NCBI GenBank assembly: GCA_037380845.1
Contig: JARRRI010000038.1
Coordinates: forward strand, 740 to 28,527
DNA from: Candidatus Sulfobium sp.
GTDB taxonomy: Bacteria; Nitrospirota; Thermodesulfovibrionia; Thermodesulfovibrionales; UBA6898
Direction of reading: 5' to 3'
DNA length: 27,788 nucleotides
Under the pieces are notes generated by a model. It saw only the letters and a list, made by a program, of their open reading frames with translations. It did not search any database and was not told the DNA's origin. Shown here one piece after another: positions 17,346 through 26,299 of this stretch (the first letter of the stretch is position 1; every line of letters begins with the position of its first letter). A program made the position numbers and the translations under genes.

Positions 17346-18070
17346 ATTCTGCTCATCCTCACCCTGATGATATCCTTAAGCATCTGAAGCGAATCCTTGA
17401 GGGGAGACACTTTGGAGTCCGGAGAATTGAGCCACCTGATCGGGACCTCCTTTATCCTATAACCTGCTTCACGCGCCAGATAGAGGATCTCCACATCGTA
17501 AGCAAAACGGTCTACCGATGCGCTCGAAAAAAGGGCCCGCGCCGAGCTCCCGTCAAAGAGTTTAAATCCGCATTGTGTATCTTTGAAGTCTTCCAGAATA
17601 AGAAACCTCACAATCCTGTTAAAAACCTTGCCCATGAATACTCTCCAGAAGGGCTGTTTCACCTGGATGCGACTGCCTTCCACAGCCCTCGATCCTATGA
17701 TTATATCGTAACCAGCGTCATGGAAGACAAGCAATTTCTCTATCTCCTCGACAGGCGTCGAGAGATCGGCATCCGAGATGAGGACCAGATCCCCCCTTGA
17801 CATGGCGACACCAAAGCGTATTGCATATCCTTTGCCCCGGGTTTGTTCATAGGCCTCATATCGTAACGCCGGTATCTTCCTGCCGGCATCAGACACGACA
17901 GCAGCCGTATCGTCCGAACTCCCGTCATTGACGACGATTATCTCGAAACGTTCGAAGCCCGCACCGCAGTATTCAGCGATCCGGGCCAGGGTCGGGCCTA
18001 TGCGAGCCGACTCGTTATAAGCAGGGATTACTATCGAGATGAATTCTTTTCTCTTTCCCTTTTGATGCAT
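17342..18070 (-). CDS. Polyprenol/dolichyl-phosphate glycosyltransferase (DPG/DPM synthase-like GT2)
   Basis: SIVIPAYNE, VNDGS.D.T, GKG.A.R.G, SDADLSTP, IIIGSR, DTQCGFKLF, F.YDVEIL, IKEVPI.W....SKV. Confidence 0.88.
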   Translation of the reverse strand: MHQKGKRKEFISIVIPAYNESARIGPTLARIAEYCGAGFERFEIIVVNDGSSDDTAAVVSDAGRKIPALRYEAYEQTRGKGYAIRFGVAMSRGDLVLISDADLSTPVEEIEKLLVFHDAGYDIIIGSRAVEGSRIQVKQPFWRVFMGKVFNRIVRFLILEDFKDTQCGFKLFDGSSARALFSSASVDRFAYDVEILYLAREAGYRIKEVPIRWLNSPDSKVSPLKDSLQMLKDIIRVRMSRI

Positions 18071-18242
18071 AAATACTTCCTTCCCTTTCTTACACCAAAC
18101 GCCGCTTCAGTCTTAATATAATTGGAGTCGCCGTCGAGAATTTCAGGGCAGCGGCGCTTCTCGTCATTCCCCACTCAGTAATTATCAGTAATCAGCGTGC
18201 CAGAAAACAAGCGGTTTCTACATTTCCCGAGTCAGCGCAGAC

Positions 18243-18495
18243 TTAACGCTAACGTTGCAAAAAGGCCTGATTTTCAAGTTCGTCATTCCGGCGGTGTGTT
18301 GAGCCGAAATCCAGTTGTTAGTTTTAAAAGTCGCTGGATGCCCCATTAAGGACCTCCGGCATGACGGACAAAGGCTTCATTTGGTGTTAATATCCGGGGG
18401 ACTCCTGATTTAGCCATCTTACTGTGACTCACAGCCCGCCGTTTAACGCCTTTGCGCACATTTATGTGCAAAGTTTTTTGCAATCTAATGGTTAA
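18243..18495. mobile_element. MITE-like element: imperfect terminal inverted repeats enclosing a REP-like doublet
   Basis: TTAACGCTAACGTTGCAAAAA (18243-18263) and TTTTTGCAATCTAATGGTTAA (18475-18495) match 16/21 as inverted repeats. Internal CGTCATTCCGG...ATCCAG / CTGGAT...CCGGCATGACG (18281-18366). Confidence 0.5.
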
Positions 18496-18680
18496 TGCTC
18501 CAATGAATCAATGGACCGCAAGCGAAACTGTGTCCAATTGGTCTGTTCCAAGGGGCTTTCTGTCACGCAACCTTCTCCTTTGTCCGATTTATCTGCTATC
18601 ATATTACGTTCTTCTATAACTAACATTGAAGTCAATGCTGGCGGAACCAATCAAATAAGCGGCCATAATAACAGTCAACA

Positions 18681-20186
18681 ATGCGGGGATTCAATCAGAG
18701 GGTGAGCATACTGAACGTTGAGAGCGAGAGGGGCCGCTGGTTGCTTTTTATCTTTTCAGTTCTTTGCGTTAAACTCCTTATTTTTCTACTTGACCCTCTC
18801 CCCATGTTCTTTCTTGGCGATTCGGCGAGCTATATTCAGACGGCCGTGAATGGCTGGATCCCGCCCGACAGATCGTTTACCTACGGCTTTATTATCAGGG
18901 CGGTTGCCGTCGCCGTCCATTCTCTGACGCCGCTTGTCACGCTTCAGGTATTTACCAGCGGTATTAACGCCATAGTGGTTGCATACCTTCTGCACAAATT
19001 TTTCAAGATAAACTCAAATCTTTCTTTCATATGCGGGTTGCTTTGCGCCATAGAGCCTCACCAGTTGATGTATGAGCGATACGTGATGACGGAAGCCTTT
19101 TCCCTCTTTATATTCGTCTGTTACCTGACGATGATTTTTCATTATATGAGTAAACCGCGACTGCGCCTCCTCGCGGCTGTCCAGATAACCGGAACCATAC
19201 TTATAAGCCTCCGTTTGAGTTACCTCCCCCTTGTTCTCATTTATACCATTCTTGTGCCCCTGCTCATAATCCCGGGACTTCTCAGGAAATACTCGGTAGA
19301 ACTGAGGCCGTTGAGAAATTTCTTTGGTTCTGCCGCGGCAGTCAACCCTGTCATAAAGACGGTGACCATTCATCTTCTATTTTCAGTTCTGCTCACCTCC
19401 GCTTTTCATCTCGGTTATAGAGAGCTGAATGGATTCCTGACAAACAACCCTCCTTCATATCAGTATCGCAGCGGCACGATCGTACTTACAGCTTTTCTGC
19501 CGATTGTAAAGCCGGACGATTTTCCCCGTCATGATATTTCGCGAGAGATTTTTGGTAACGTGAAATATGACTTAAACGTCCGCAATAATCGCGTTCTTCA
19601 CCATTGGCATCAGGGTGGACTTATTGACCTTATTTCCCAAGCGATTCCTGATCCCCTTGAGGCCGACCATGTTGCCGGAGTGACTGCTTTCAACGCCATA
19701 AAACGGGATCCTGTCGGAGCGGCTTCTGTAATTGTCTCAACCTTCGCGGACTTCTGGAATCTGGGCTTTCTCAAGGGCAGCCTGTTAAATGACAGGGGCG
19801 ACAGGCCTCTCCCAAAAGAATTGCTTGAGACATTGAGAAACAGCTTCGGGCTTCAAGCCGAAAATTTACCTTTCCTAAAGACATTTACAAACAGCTACTA
19901 CATGGACGCATGGTTTTGGTACTTATTGCTGCTTTGTTCGCCCTTATTTGCCTTTCTGAACCTTTTTATCTGCCGTACCGAAGTCCGGAGCTTCGTTTTT
20001 GTTGTGTTGCTGTCATCACTTACGGTAGTTATTGTATCAAGCACTTTCGTTGAAGGTGTAACCGTCCGCTATCTGCATCCGCTCGGGTGGCTGGCCTTCC
20101 TTGTTCTGGGCCCCCTTCTTGATTTTTTACTGCTTCGCCATAAAAAAGCGCCCAAGCAGTCTACGAATACGACTCCAGTATCGTGA
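18681..20186 (+). CDS. Polytopic membrane protein, probable GT-C (ArnT/PMT-like) glycosyltransferase
   Basis: Many hydrophobic segments; GDSASY after TM1, P.R...Y, YERYVMTE, late RY..P; large soluble loop. Convergent 26-nt overlap with the next gene. Confidence 0.65.
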   Translation: MRGFNQRVSILNVESERGRWLLFIFSVLCVKLLIFLLDPLPMFFLGDSASYIQTAVNGWIPPDRSFTYGFIIRAVAVAVHSLTPLVTLQVFTSGINAIVVAYLLHKFFKINSNLSFICGLLCAIEPHQLMYERYVMTEAFSLFIFVCYLTMIFHYMSKPRLRLLAAVQITGTILISLRLSYLPLVLIYTILVPLLIIPGLLRKYSVELRPLRNFFGSAAAVNPVIKTVTIHLLFSVLLTSAFHLGYRELNGFLTNNPPSYQYRSGTIVLTAFLPIVKPDDFPRHDISREIFGNVKYDLNVRNNRVLHHWHQGGLIDLISQAIPDPLEADHVAGVTAFNAIKRDPVGAASVIVSTFADFWNLGFLKGSLLNDRGDRPLPKELLETLRNSFGLQAENLPFLKTFTNSYYMDAWFWYLLLLCSPLFAFLNLFICRTEVRSFVFVVLLSSLTVVIVSSTFVEGVTVRYLHPLGWLAFLVLGPLLDFLLLRHKKAPKQSTNTTPVS

Positions 20187-22860
20187 ATGCCTCTTTTCTT
20201 GAGAGATGTGCATTTCTGGATAAATAGTCTTCCATCTCCTTCTTGACGTCAGCATAATCGTAATTCTGCATAGGCTTGCGCATACTGTGGTCCACCCGGG
20301 TCTTGTCGATTATGCCGATCCGGAGGCCGTGTTCTTCGGCAATGCATGGCAGCACGAAATCGAATCCCCATCCCATGGGCGTGCTCTCGTCAAAAGGAAG
20401 TATGAATGGCAGGATGTCATGCCTGAAAGACACCAGGGGTCCGATCTCAACAAACCGCGTTCGCCGCGCCTTCAAACCGTCCATTCCCTCCACAAAGGGA
20501 TGGTCGATGTAACTGTTATGGGTCCTCGCCGGCTGTGCGGCGGCGAAATCATAGCGCCTCTGCATATCGAGAAAGGTATCTACGAAATCGGGGGGCAATA
20601 ATATGTCGTCGTCACAGATGATGACATAATCATAAGAATCGGCGTCAATATTCGAGAGTATCCCGTTCAGGAGAACAACCTTTGGAAGCCGCTCATCCAC
20701 GCGCTTTACAGTGACCCTTCTCACATCCTCAGACAGATGCTCCCCTCCAAGCGCTATCCACTGCTGACGCACATTCCATTTCTTTGAGCAATTAAACTGT
20801 CTCACGATGTGTTCTATGCTGTTTTTCTGATTGACAAGATAGACGCCTGTAACAAGCACGCTACCGCCTGCAGACCCGTTTTCGTTCTCATCTGCCTTAA
20901 GGCATTCCGCTGCAGCTACATACTTTTCATCCTCAGCTGAATCCTCGGGTGGAACTTCTCCGCCCCCGGGTAACCCTTCTTCGGACACTCTTTCATCACC
21001 TTCAGCAAGGACGGTTTCGAGTGCCGGTATTTCTTCCGGCAACAGGATGCGCAGCGATCCGTCACTTTGCAAGAGCCGCTTTTTTAACTCCACAGAAGAG
21101 ACAATAATAGCATCTGCCGCCGCTGCATTCAGGGTCTCAAGCTTCACAGTAGACGGGGTCAATTCATTAAGACAGTATAGAACTTTGCTGCCCGGAGCAT
21201 AGGCTCGCACAAAGGGGAAAGCATCGAAACACCTTTGTCCGCCGAACCCTGCAACATAAGAAAACCTTGCGCCATTGGTCTTCAGGTATTCTTCCGTGTC
21301 TTTCATACGGACAGGTTCGAAACTCTCCTGATCCAGATCCTTCAGAAACTCCGCCAGTGCGGCTCTAAACCGGGACAAATCATTGTCACCTTGATTCAAG
21401 TCGGCAGACTCAAGAAAAAGGACAACCTTCTCCGAAGGAAACTCCATATGAGCTTCGCTTCTTTCTGGATTGTAAGCAGGCGTAACAGCGACGTCCTGAG
21501 ACCCCGAAACTCCAAGCTTTTTATTCACTTTTTCATCAAGTATCGAGGGAGAAGCGTTTCTAATATAATAAAAAAACTTCCGGACATTGACCGCATTCAG
21601 GTTCTTCAATGTGTTCTTCGGATTCCTCAGGCCGTTAACGACCAGCTTCATGACAGACCTCACCCTGGAATTCTCAGGAAATAAAGAGTCCCTGAAGTCG
21701 TAATATTTGATCAGGGCCTTCCATCCGTTCGAATTGTAGATATGAGACAAGGCGGCTTCCTTCTCCCTTAAACGTCTCTCATAATCAGAAATTCTGCCGG
21801 AAAGATTTTGTATCCGCGAGTCCTTTTCACGCATGGCGGCTTCAAGGCCCTCGACTGTTCCTGTAAGCTCCCTCAGTCTGGCCTCCTTTTCCGCAATTCT
21901 TGAGTCCTGTTCCGCAAGCCTGCCATCCCTGTCCCGGATGCCGCCTTCAAGAACATCTATCCTTTCGTCCCTCTCCCTGGCGCCCGTTTCAAGAATATCT
22001 ATCGTGTCATCCTTCTCGAGAAGAAGTTTACGGGCATCCGCTCCGGCCGCTTCAAGTTCCATCACCTTCAGATCTCTTGTCCTGAGATCCCTTCTGTTTT
22101 GGACAAGATCAATCATAACGTCCGGCGTAAACTCTTCTTTGTGCTTTCTTATAATCTGGCGGTGGGCAGTTCGTGCAATCCCCACGGATTCAGAGCTCTG
22201 CGCAATCTGACTTGAAACATTCCATTGCAGGTATTCAGCCGTAGCTTTTCTGACGTGATAGAAAGGGAAAACTTTCGACGCCCTTATGAGCAAGTCCCAG
22301 TCTTCGTAGAGATCAAACTCTTCGTCAAAACCTTTTAACCTATCAAATACATCCCGGGAAAAGAGGATGCTCATGAGAGGAATATAATTGTCAATTATCA
22401 GTTCTTTCCGCGAAAAATCCCGCGATGCGAATATCCTGGGGTTTCGTTTTGCAAGTTCGCGGTTTTTTGGATCATACTGAAGGTCGGCTAGGATGGTGTC
22501 CGAATAGGCAATTTTGAAATCAAGCTGTTCCAGGACGTCAGCCAGGACCCCGACATGTTCCGGATAGAATTCATCATCGTCGTCCAGGAACCCTAAATAA
22601 GCCCCCGCCGCATTCTTTATAGCAAGATTTCCGGCGCGAGCCCTTCCTCTGTTCTTTTCAACCTTTATATAATTCAGTGAAACGCCGTCCAGAATCTTCT
22701 TCAGCTCTTCCACAGGAAGGTCGCAACCGCCGTCATTCACAACAACAACTTCGACGGGGCGGTAAGTCTGCAATGCGACGCTCTTGAGCGCATTTCTGAG
22801 CAGTTTGGGCCTGTCTTTTGTCCTGACCAATATCGAAACTAAAGGCTTATCCTGTCCCAT
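20161..22860 (-). CDS. Multidomain glycosyltransferase: GT2, coiled coil, partial GT-B-like segment, second GT-A-like domain
   Basis: VSILVRTKDR, VNDGG, GFLDDDD, FDE.F..YEDWD; heptad EKD.RI repeats ending SNGWK; C-terminal ICDDDI...QPART...FVEIGP...GWG.D. Confidence 0.85.
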   Translation of the reverse strand: MGQDKPLVSILVRTKDRPKLLRNALKSVALQTYRPVEVVVVNDGGCDLPVEELKKILDGVSLNYIKVEKNRGRARAGNLAIKNAAGAYLGFLDDDDEFYPEHVGVLADVLEQLDFKIAYSDTILADLQYDPKNRELAKRNPRIFASRDFSRKELIIDNYIPLMSILFSRDVFDRLKGFDEEFDLYEDWDLLIRASKVFPFYHVRKATAEYLQWNVSSQIAQSSESVGIARTAHRQIIRKHKEEFTPDVMIDLVQNRRDLRTRDLKVMELEAAGADARKLLLEKDDTIDILETGARERDERIDVLEGGIRDRDGRLAEQDSRIAEKEARLRELTGTVEGLEAAMREKDSRIQNLSGRISDYERRLREKEAALSHIYNSNGWKALIKYYDFRDSLFPENSRVRSVMKLVVNGLRNPKNTLKNLNAVNVRKFFYYIRNASPSILDEKVNKKLGVSGSQDVAVTPAYNPERSEAHMEFPSEKVVLFLESADLNQGDNDLSRFRAALAEFLKDLDQESFEPVRMKDTEEYLKTNGARFSYVAGFGGQRCFDAFPFVRAYAPGSKVLYCLNELTPSTVKLETLNAAAADAIIVSSVELKKRLLQSDGSLRILLPEEIPALETVLAEGDERVSEEGLPGGGEVPPEDSAEDEKYVAAAECLKADENENGSAGGSVLVTGVYLVNQKNSIEHIVRQFNCSKKWNVRQQWIALGGEHLSEDVRRVTVKRVDERLPKVVLLNGILSNIDADSYDYVIICDDDILLPPDFVDTFLDMQRRYDFAAAQPARTHNSYIDHPFVEGMDGLKARRTRFVEIGPLVSFRHDILPFILPFDESTPMGWGFDFVLPCIAEEHGLRIGIIDKTRVDHSMRKPMQNYDYADVKKEMEDYLSRNAHLSRKEAFTILESYS

Positions 22861-23002
22861 GTCTCACAACCACAATGCCCATTTTGACGAAAATCGGCCG
22901 ATCGTATTGAAATACCCCAAAAAGGCAAGTTCGGGCTCCTTTCCCGGAATAGCAACCATGCAGTCAGCGAAAGGAGTTCGATTATTCTCATTTTCCGCGG
23001 CA

Positions 23003-24334
23003 CTAATACGCTCCTTCCCTTTTAAGGACTATCCGCACAGTCTTGAATAGGATAACAATATCGAGCCATAGATTCCAGTTTCTCACGTACCAGGAATCGA
23101 GAGCTATTCTGTAATCGTAGCTCGTATTACTACGCCCGCTCACCTGCCACAGGCCGGTAACGCCGGGCAGCACACAGAAACACAGTTCAGCCATTTCTCC
23201 GTACTGTCTGTCGATTTCCTCCTGTGTGACAGGCCTGGGTCCGACAAGACTCATCTCCCCCTTCAGGACATTGAATATCTGGGGCAGTTCATCGAGCGAC
23301 GTTCTCCTGAGGAAACGCCCGACACGTGTTATCCTCGGGTCGTCATTGAGCTTCCAGTTCTGGTCCCATTCATTTTTTCTGGCCGGGTCCCCTTCCAGGA
23401 GACGATCAAGCTTCTTCTCGGCGTCGACGTACATTGTCCTGAACTTGTAACATCTGAATGCGCTTCCATTTCTGCCCACTCTTTCCTGGGAAAACATCGC
23501 AGGCCCTCTGGAACCCAGCCGGATCAATAATGCAATAACTCCCATGGGAACCGCAAGGAGGGGGACGAGCAGAAAGGTCACAACGATATCAAAGCCCCTC
23601 TTAACCAGTATGTTAAGCGGGTTCGAGAGATTGTTTCTCATCTCAAAGGCAAAGGCTTCCTCGTGGAAAAAATGCTGAAGGTTAGTCCCCAGAACGGCTA
23701 TGCCGAAGATATCCGGGACAAAAAAGATCCTCTCCACCTTGTGCTGCAGACTGTTGACCAACCCCTGAAGCCTCTCTTTACCCGCCCCCGGCATGGCAAT
23801 AAAAAGGTCCTCCAGGTTGCATCTGTTGATATAATTGAACGCCTTGTCGATCCCCCTGTGGATTTTGATGCCCTCGATCCTCTTTCCGAATTTTTCGGGA
23901 TCGTCGTCGACAAATCCTATCACTTCGTAGCCGTAGTTCGGCTCCTTCCTGAGGGCCCTCACGATAAGCTTGCCTGTTTCGCCCGCGCCCAGGATAAGTA
24001 CTCTCCTCTTCAGGAAACCCAGCCTTCTGAGAACCTTCTTCGCAACTATGCGTATCAGGGGGAGAAACAGAAGGGCAGTGAAACCCATAAGGACAACCAC
24101 AGTCCTCGAGACTTCTTCGCTGAATTTCCCCAGAGAAACAATGGTAAAAACGCCGACGGTGGAGTTTGCAAAATCCCTGTAGGATTCTTCACCAGGAAAG
24201 CCCTGATAAAGACGCGGCAACACGTCGCTTCTCAGGATAACTGACGACTGAAAAATGAGCAGAACAGAACCCACATCGAGAAGGAAAATAATCAGAACTT
24301 CAACCGCTGTTTTTAATCTGTTGAATACCCTCAT
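23003..24334 (-). CDS. wbaP: Undecaprenyl-phosphate sugar-1-phosphate transferase, WbaP family; N-terminal membrane region looks shortened
   Basis: ILGAG..G, GFVDDD, KR.FD, F.Q.RVG, KFRTM, DDPRITRVG.FLR.TSLDELPQ, PG.TGLWQVSGR, D..YVRNW.LWLD. Start uncertain (24334 or 24361). Confidence 0.88.
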   Translation of the reverse strand: MRVFNRLKTAVEVLIIFLLDVGSVLLIFQSSVILRSDVLPRLYQGFPGEESYRDFANSTVGVFTIVSLGKFSEEVSRTVVVLMGFTALLFLPLIRIVAKKVLRRLGFLKRRVLILGAGETGKLIVRALRKEPNYGYEVIGFVDDDPEKFGKRIEGIKIHRGIDKAFNYINRCNLEDLFIAMPGAGKERLQGLVNSLQHKVERIFFVPDIFGIAVLGTNLQHFFHEEAFAFEMRNNLSNPLNILVKRGFDIVVTFLLVPLLAVPMGVIALLIRLGSRGPAMFSQERVGRNGSAFRCYKFRTMYVDAEKKLDRLLEGDPARKNEWDQNWKLNDDPRITRVGRFLRRTSLDELPQIFNVLKGEMSLVGPRPVTQEEIDRQYGEMAELCFCVLPGVTGLWQVSGRSNTSYDYRIALDSWYVRNWNLWLDIVILFKTVRIVLKREGAY

Positions 24335-24642
24335 CAGGGCCTTGAATCTTGCAAATGGCATTACGTCTGTCCGGTAGCCGCCGTAAGCTTTAACTTTCTG
24401 CATCCGTCCCGGCAACCGGCACATCCCTGAAACAGCGGCAGGAGCAGAAAGCGAAAACAATTGTACGGCAACGGAATGAGGTCGCCGCGCTGATTTCGTC
24501 TAAGACTTCTGCAGTTGTCGCACCGGACATATTCCCGGAAATCCCTATCCTTGTTTTTTGCAAAGCCGAGTCAATATTTTGTTCCCCTGCAATTGCCCGT
24601 CAGCTACTGCAGAAGAGGCATAATTTCTGTTATATTAATACG

Positions 24643-25362
24643 ATGTTTGTTATTCCTGCAATAGATTTAAAAGACGGCAAGTGTGTGCGACTCCTGCAGG
24701 GCAGAAAAGACGCGGTGACGGTCTACTCCGACGACCCGCCGGCTACTGCCGAAAAATGGGAATCCTACGGCGCGAAAATGCTGCACGTGGTCGACCTCGA
24801 CGGTGCTTTTACCGGCCTTCAGAAGAACATCGATATGGTACTGGACATCAGAAGGCACGTGAAAATGATCATGGAGGTCGGCGGCGGTATACGGGAAATG
24901 GCTACGGTTGAAAAACTGGTAAATGCGGGTATAGAGCGAATCATCCTTGGTACTTCTGCTTTAGAAGACTCTGCATTTGTAAAGGAGGCGTGCAGCAGGT
25001 TCCCAGGCAAAATCCTTGTGGGAATCGATGCGAAAGACGGGAAAGTGGCTGTCAGGGGGTGGGAGGAAGTAAGCACAGTCGGGGCTGCGGAACTTGCAAA
25101 AAAAGTCGAATCGGCAGGCGTTGCCGGTATCATTTACACTGATATTTCGAGGGACGGCATGCTTTCCGGCCCCAATATCGCTGCACAGCAGGAGATGGTA
25201 AAAGCCCTTACCGTGCCTGTGATCGCATCCGGGGGAATAGCCACACTTGACGACGTAAAAAGTCTGCTGCGGATCAAAGGCCTTTGGGGAGCAATTACCG
25301 GCAAGGCAATATACTCCGGGTCGCTCGACCTGAAAGAGGCGATAAGAATAAGTGAGGAGTGA
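24643..25362 (+). CDS. hisA: ProFAR isomerase HisA
   Basis: IPAIDLKDGKCVRL.QG, LHVVDLDGA, VGGGIR, YTDISRDG, VIASGG, G.A.Y.G. Confidence 0.97.
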   Translation: MFVIPAIDLKDGKCVRLLQGRKDAVTVYSDDPPATAEKWESYGAKMLHVVDLDGAFTGLQKNIDMVLDIRRHVKMIMEVGGGIREMATVEKLVNAGIERIILGTSALEDSAFVKEACSRFPGKILVGIDAKDGKVAVRGWEEVSTVGAAELAKKVESAGVAGIIYTDISRDGMLSGPNIAAQQEMVKALTVPVIASGGIATLDDVKSLLRIKGLWGAITGKAIYSGSLDLKEAIRISEE

Positions 25363-25449
25363 GGAGTGAGGAGTAAAGAATCGGAGAATTTTTCTGAGTG
25401 TCGTCACAGAAGGGTTTCACACTTCGCGCTTCGCTCCTCACTCCTCACT
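25351..25449. repeat. Inverted heptamer tandem arrays between hisA and hisF
   Basis: (AGTGAGG)x3 AGTAAAG at 25351-25378, and TTTCACA CTTCGCG CTTCGCT (CCTCACT)x2 at 25415-25449. Confidence 0.85.
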
Positions 25450-25459
25450 GTCTTTTAAT

Positions 25460-26299
25460 ATGCTCGCCAAACGAATCATCCCCTGCCTGGACGTTAAAGA
25501 CGGCCGTGTGGTCAAAGGAGTGAGTTTCGTAAATCTTCGGGATGCCGGCGATCCGGTGGAAAACGCGATATTTTACGATGCGCAGGGGGCTGACGAACTC
25601 ATATTCCTCGACATCACCGCTTCGCACGAAAAAAGGAAGATAATACTTGATGTGGTCGAGCGGACCGCGGAAGATGTATTCATGCCGCTGACAGTCGGAG
25701 GGGGAATAAAGACACTGGACGATATAAGGGACCTTCTGAACGCAGGATGCGACAAGGTGTCCATCAATACGACTGCCGTCAAGGACCCCTACTTCATAAG
25801 CCGGGCCGCGGAAAAATTCGGGACCCAGTGCATCGTCGTGGCGATAGACGCGAAGAGGGTGCCAAAAGATATGACCGACAGCACGGGCGAGGACTGGCTC
25901 AATGACCCTTCCCTTAAGGAAGTCGCTCTTCAACTCCCGGCGCGAGGGCTGACGTGGGCCATCTCTACTCATGGCGGCAGAAAGATGAAGAGCATAGATG
26001 CCGTCAAATGGGCAAGGAAGATGGAGGAACTGGGGGCCGGCGAGTTCATGCTGACGAGCATGGACAAGGACGGGACCAGGGACGGTTACGATATCGAATT
26101 GACGCGGACGATATCGGAGACGGTATCTATTCCTGTGATAGCATCAGGGGGCGCAGGGAACCTCGAACATCTTTATGAAGGCCTGATCGACGGGAAAGCG
26201 GATGCGGTCCTCGCGGCATCAATCTTTCATTTCAGGGAATATACCATCAGGGAGGCCAAGGAGTATCTGCAGGCCAAAGGCGTACCCGTCCGGCTTTAA
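25460..26299 (+). CDS. hisF: Imidazole glycerol phosphate synthase cyclase subunit HisF
   Basis: [62 protein letters not shown]. Confidence 0.97.
   Translation: MLAKRIIPCLDVKDGRVVKGVSFVNLRDAGDPVENAIFYDAQGADELIFLDITASHEKRKIILDVVERTAEDVFMPLTVGGGIKTLDDIRDLLNAGCDKVSINTTAVKDPYFISRAAEKFGTQCIVVAIDAKRVPKDMTDSTGEDWLNDPSLKEVALQLPARGLTWAISTHGGRKMKSIDAVKWARKMEELGAGEFMLTSMDKDGTRDGYDIELTRTISETVSIPVIASGGAGNLEHLYEGLIDGKADAVLAASIFHFREYTIREAKEYLQAKGVPVRL

Noticed and set aside
22861..23002. Possible wzm/wzt scar or small ORF (MRIIELLS...) between wbaP and the large GT
   Set aside because: No frame gives a convincing motif; any resemblance to a Wzt C-terminus is too weak.
25351..25449. CRISPR array or attenuator
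   Set aside because: Units are 7 nt with no spacers; there is no His-codon leader peptide and no cas gene in the window.
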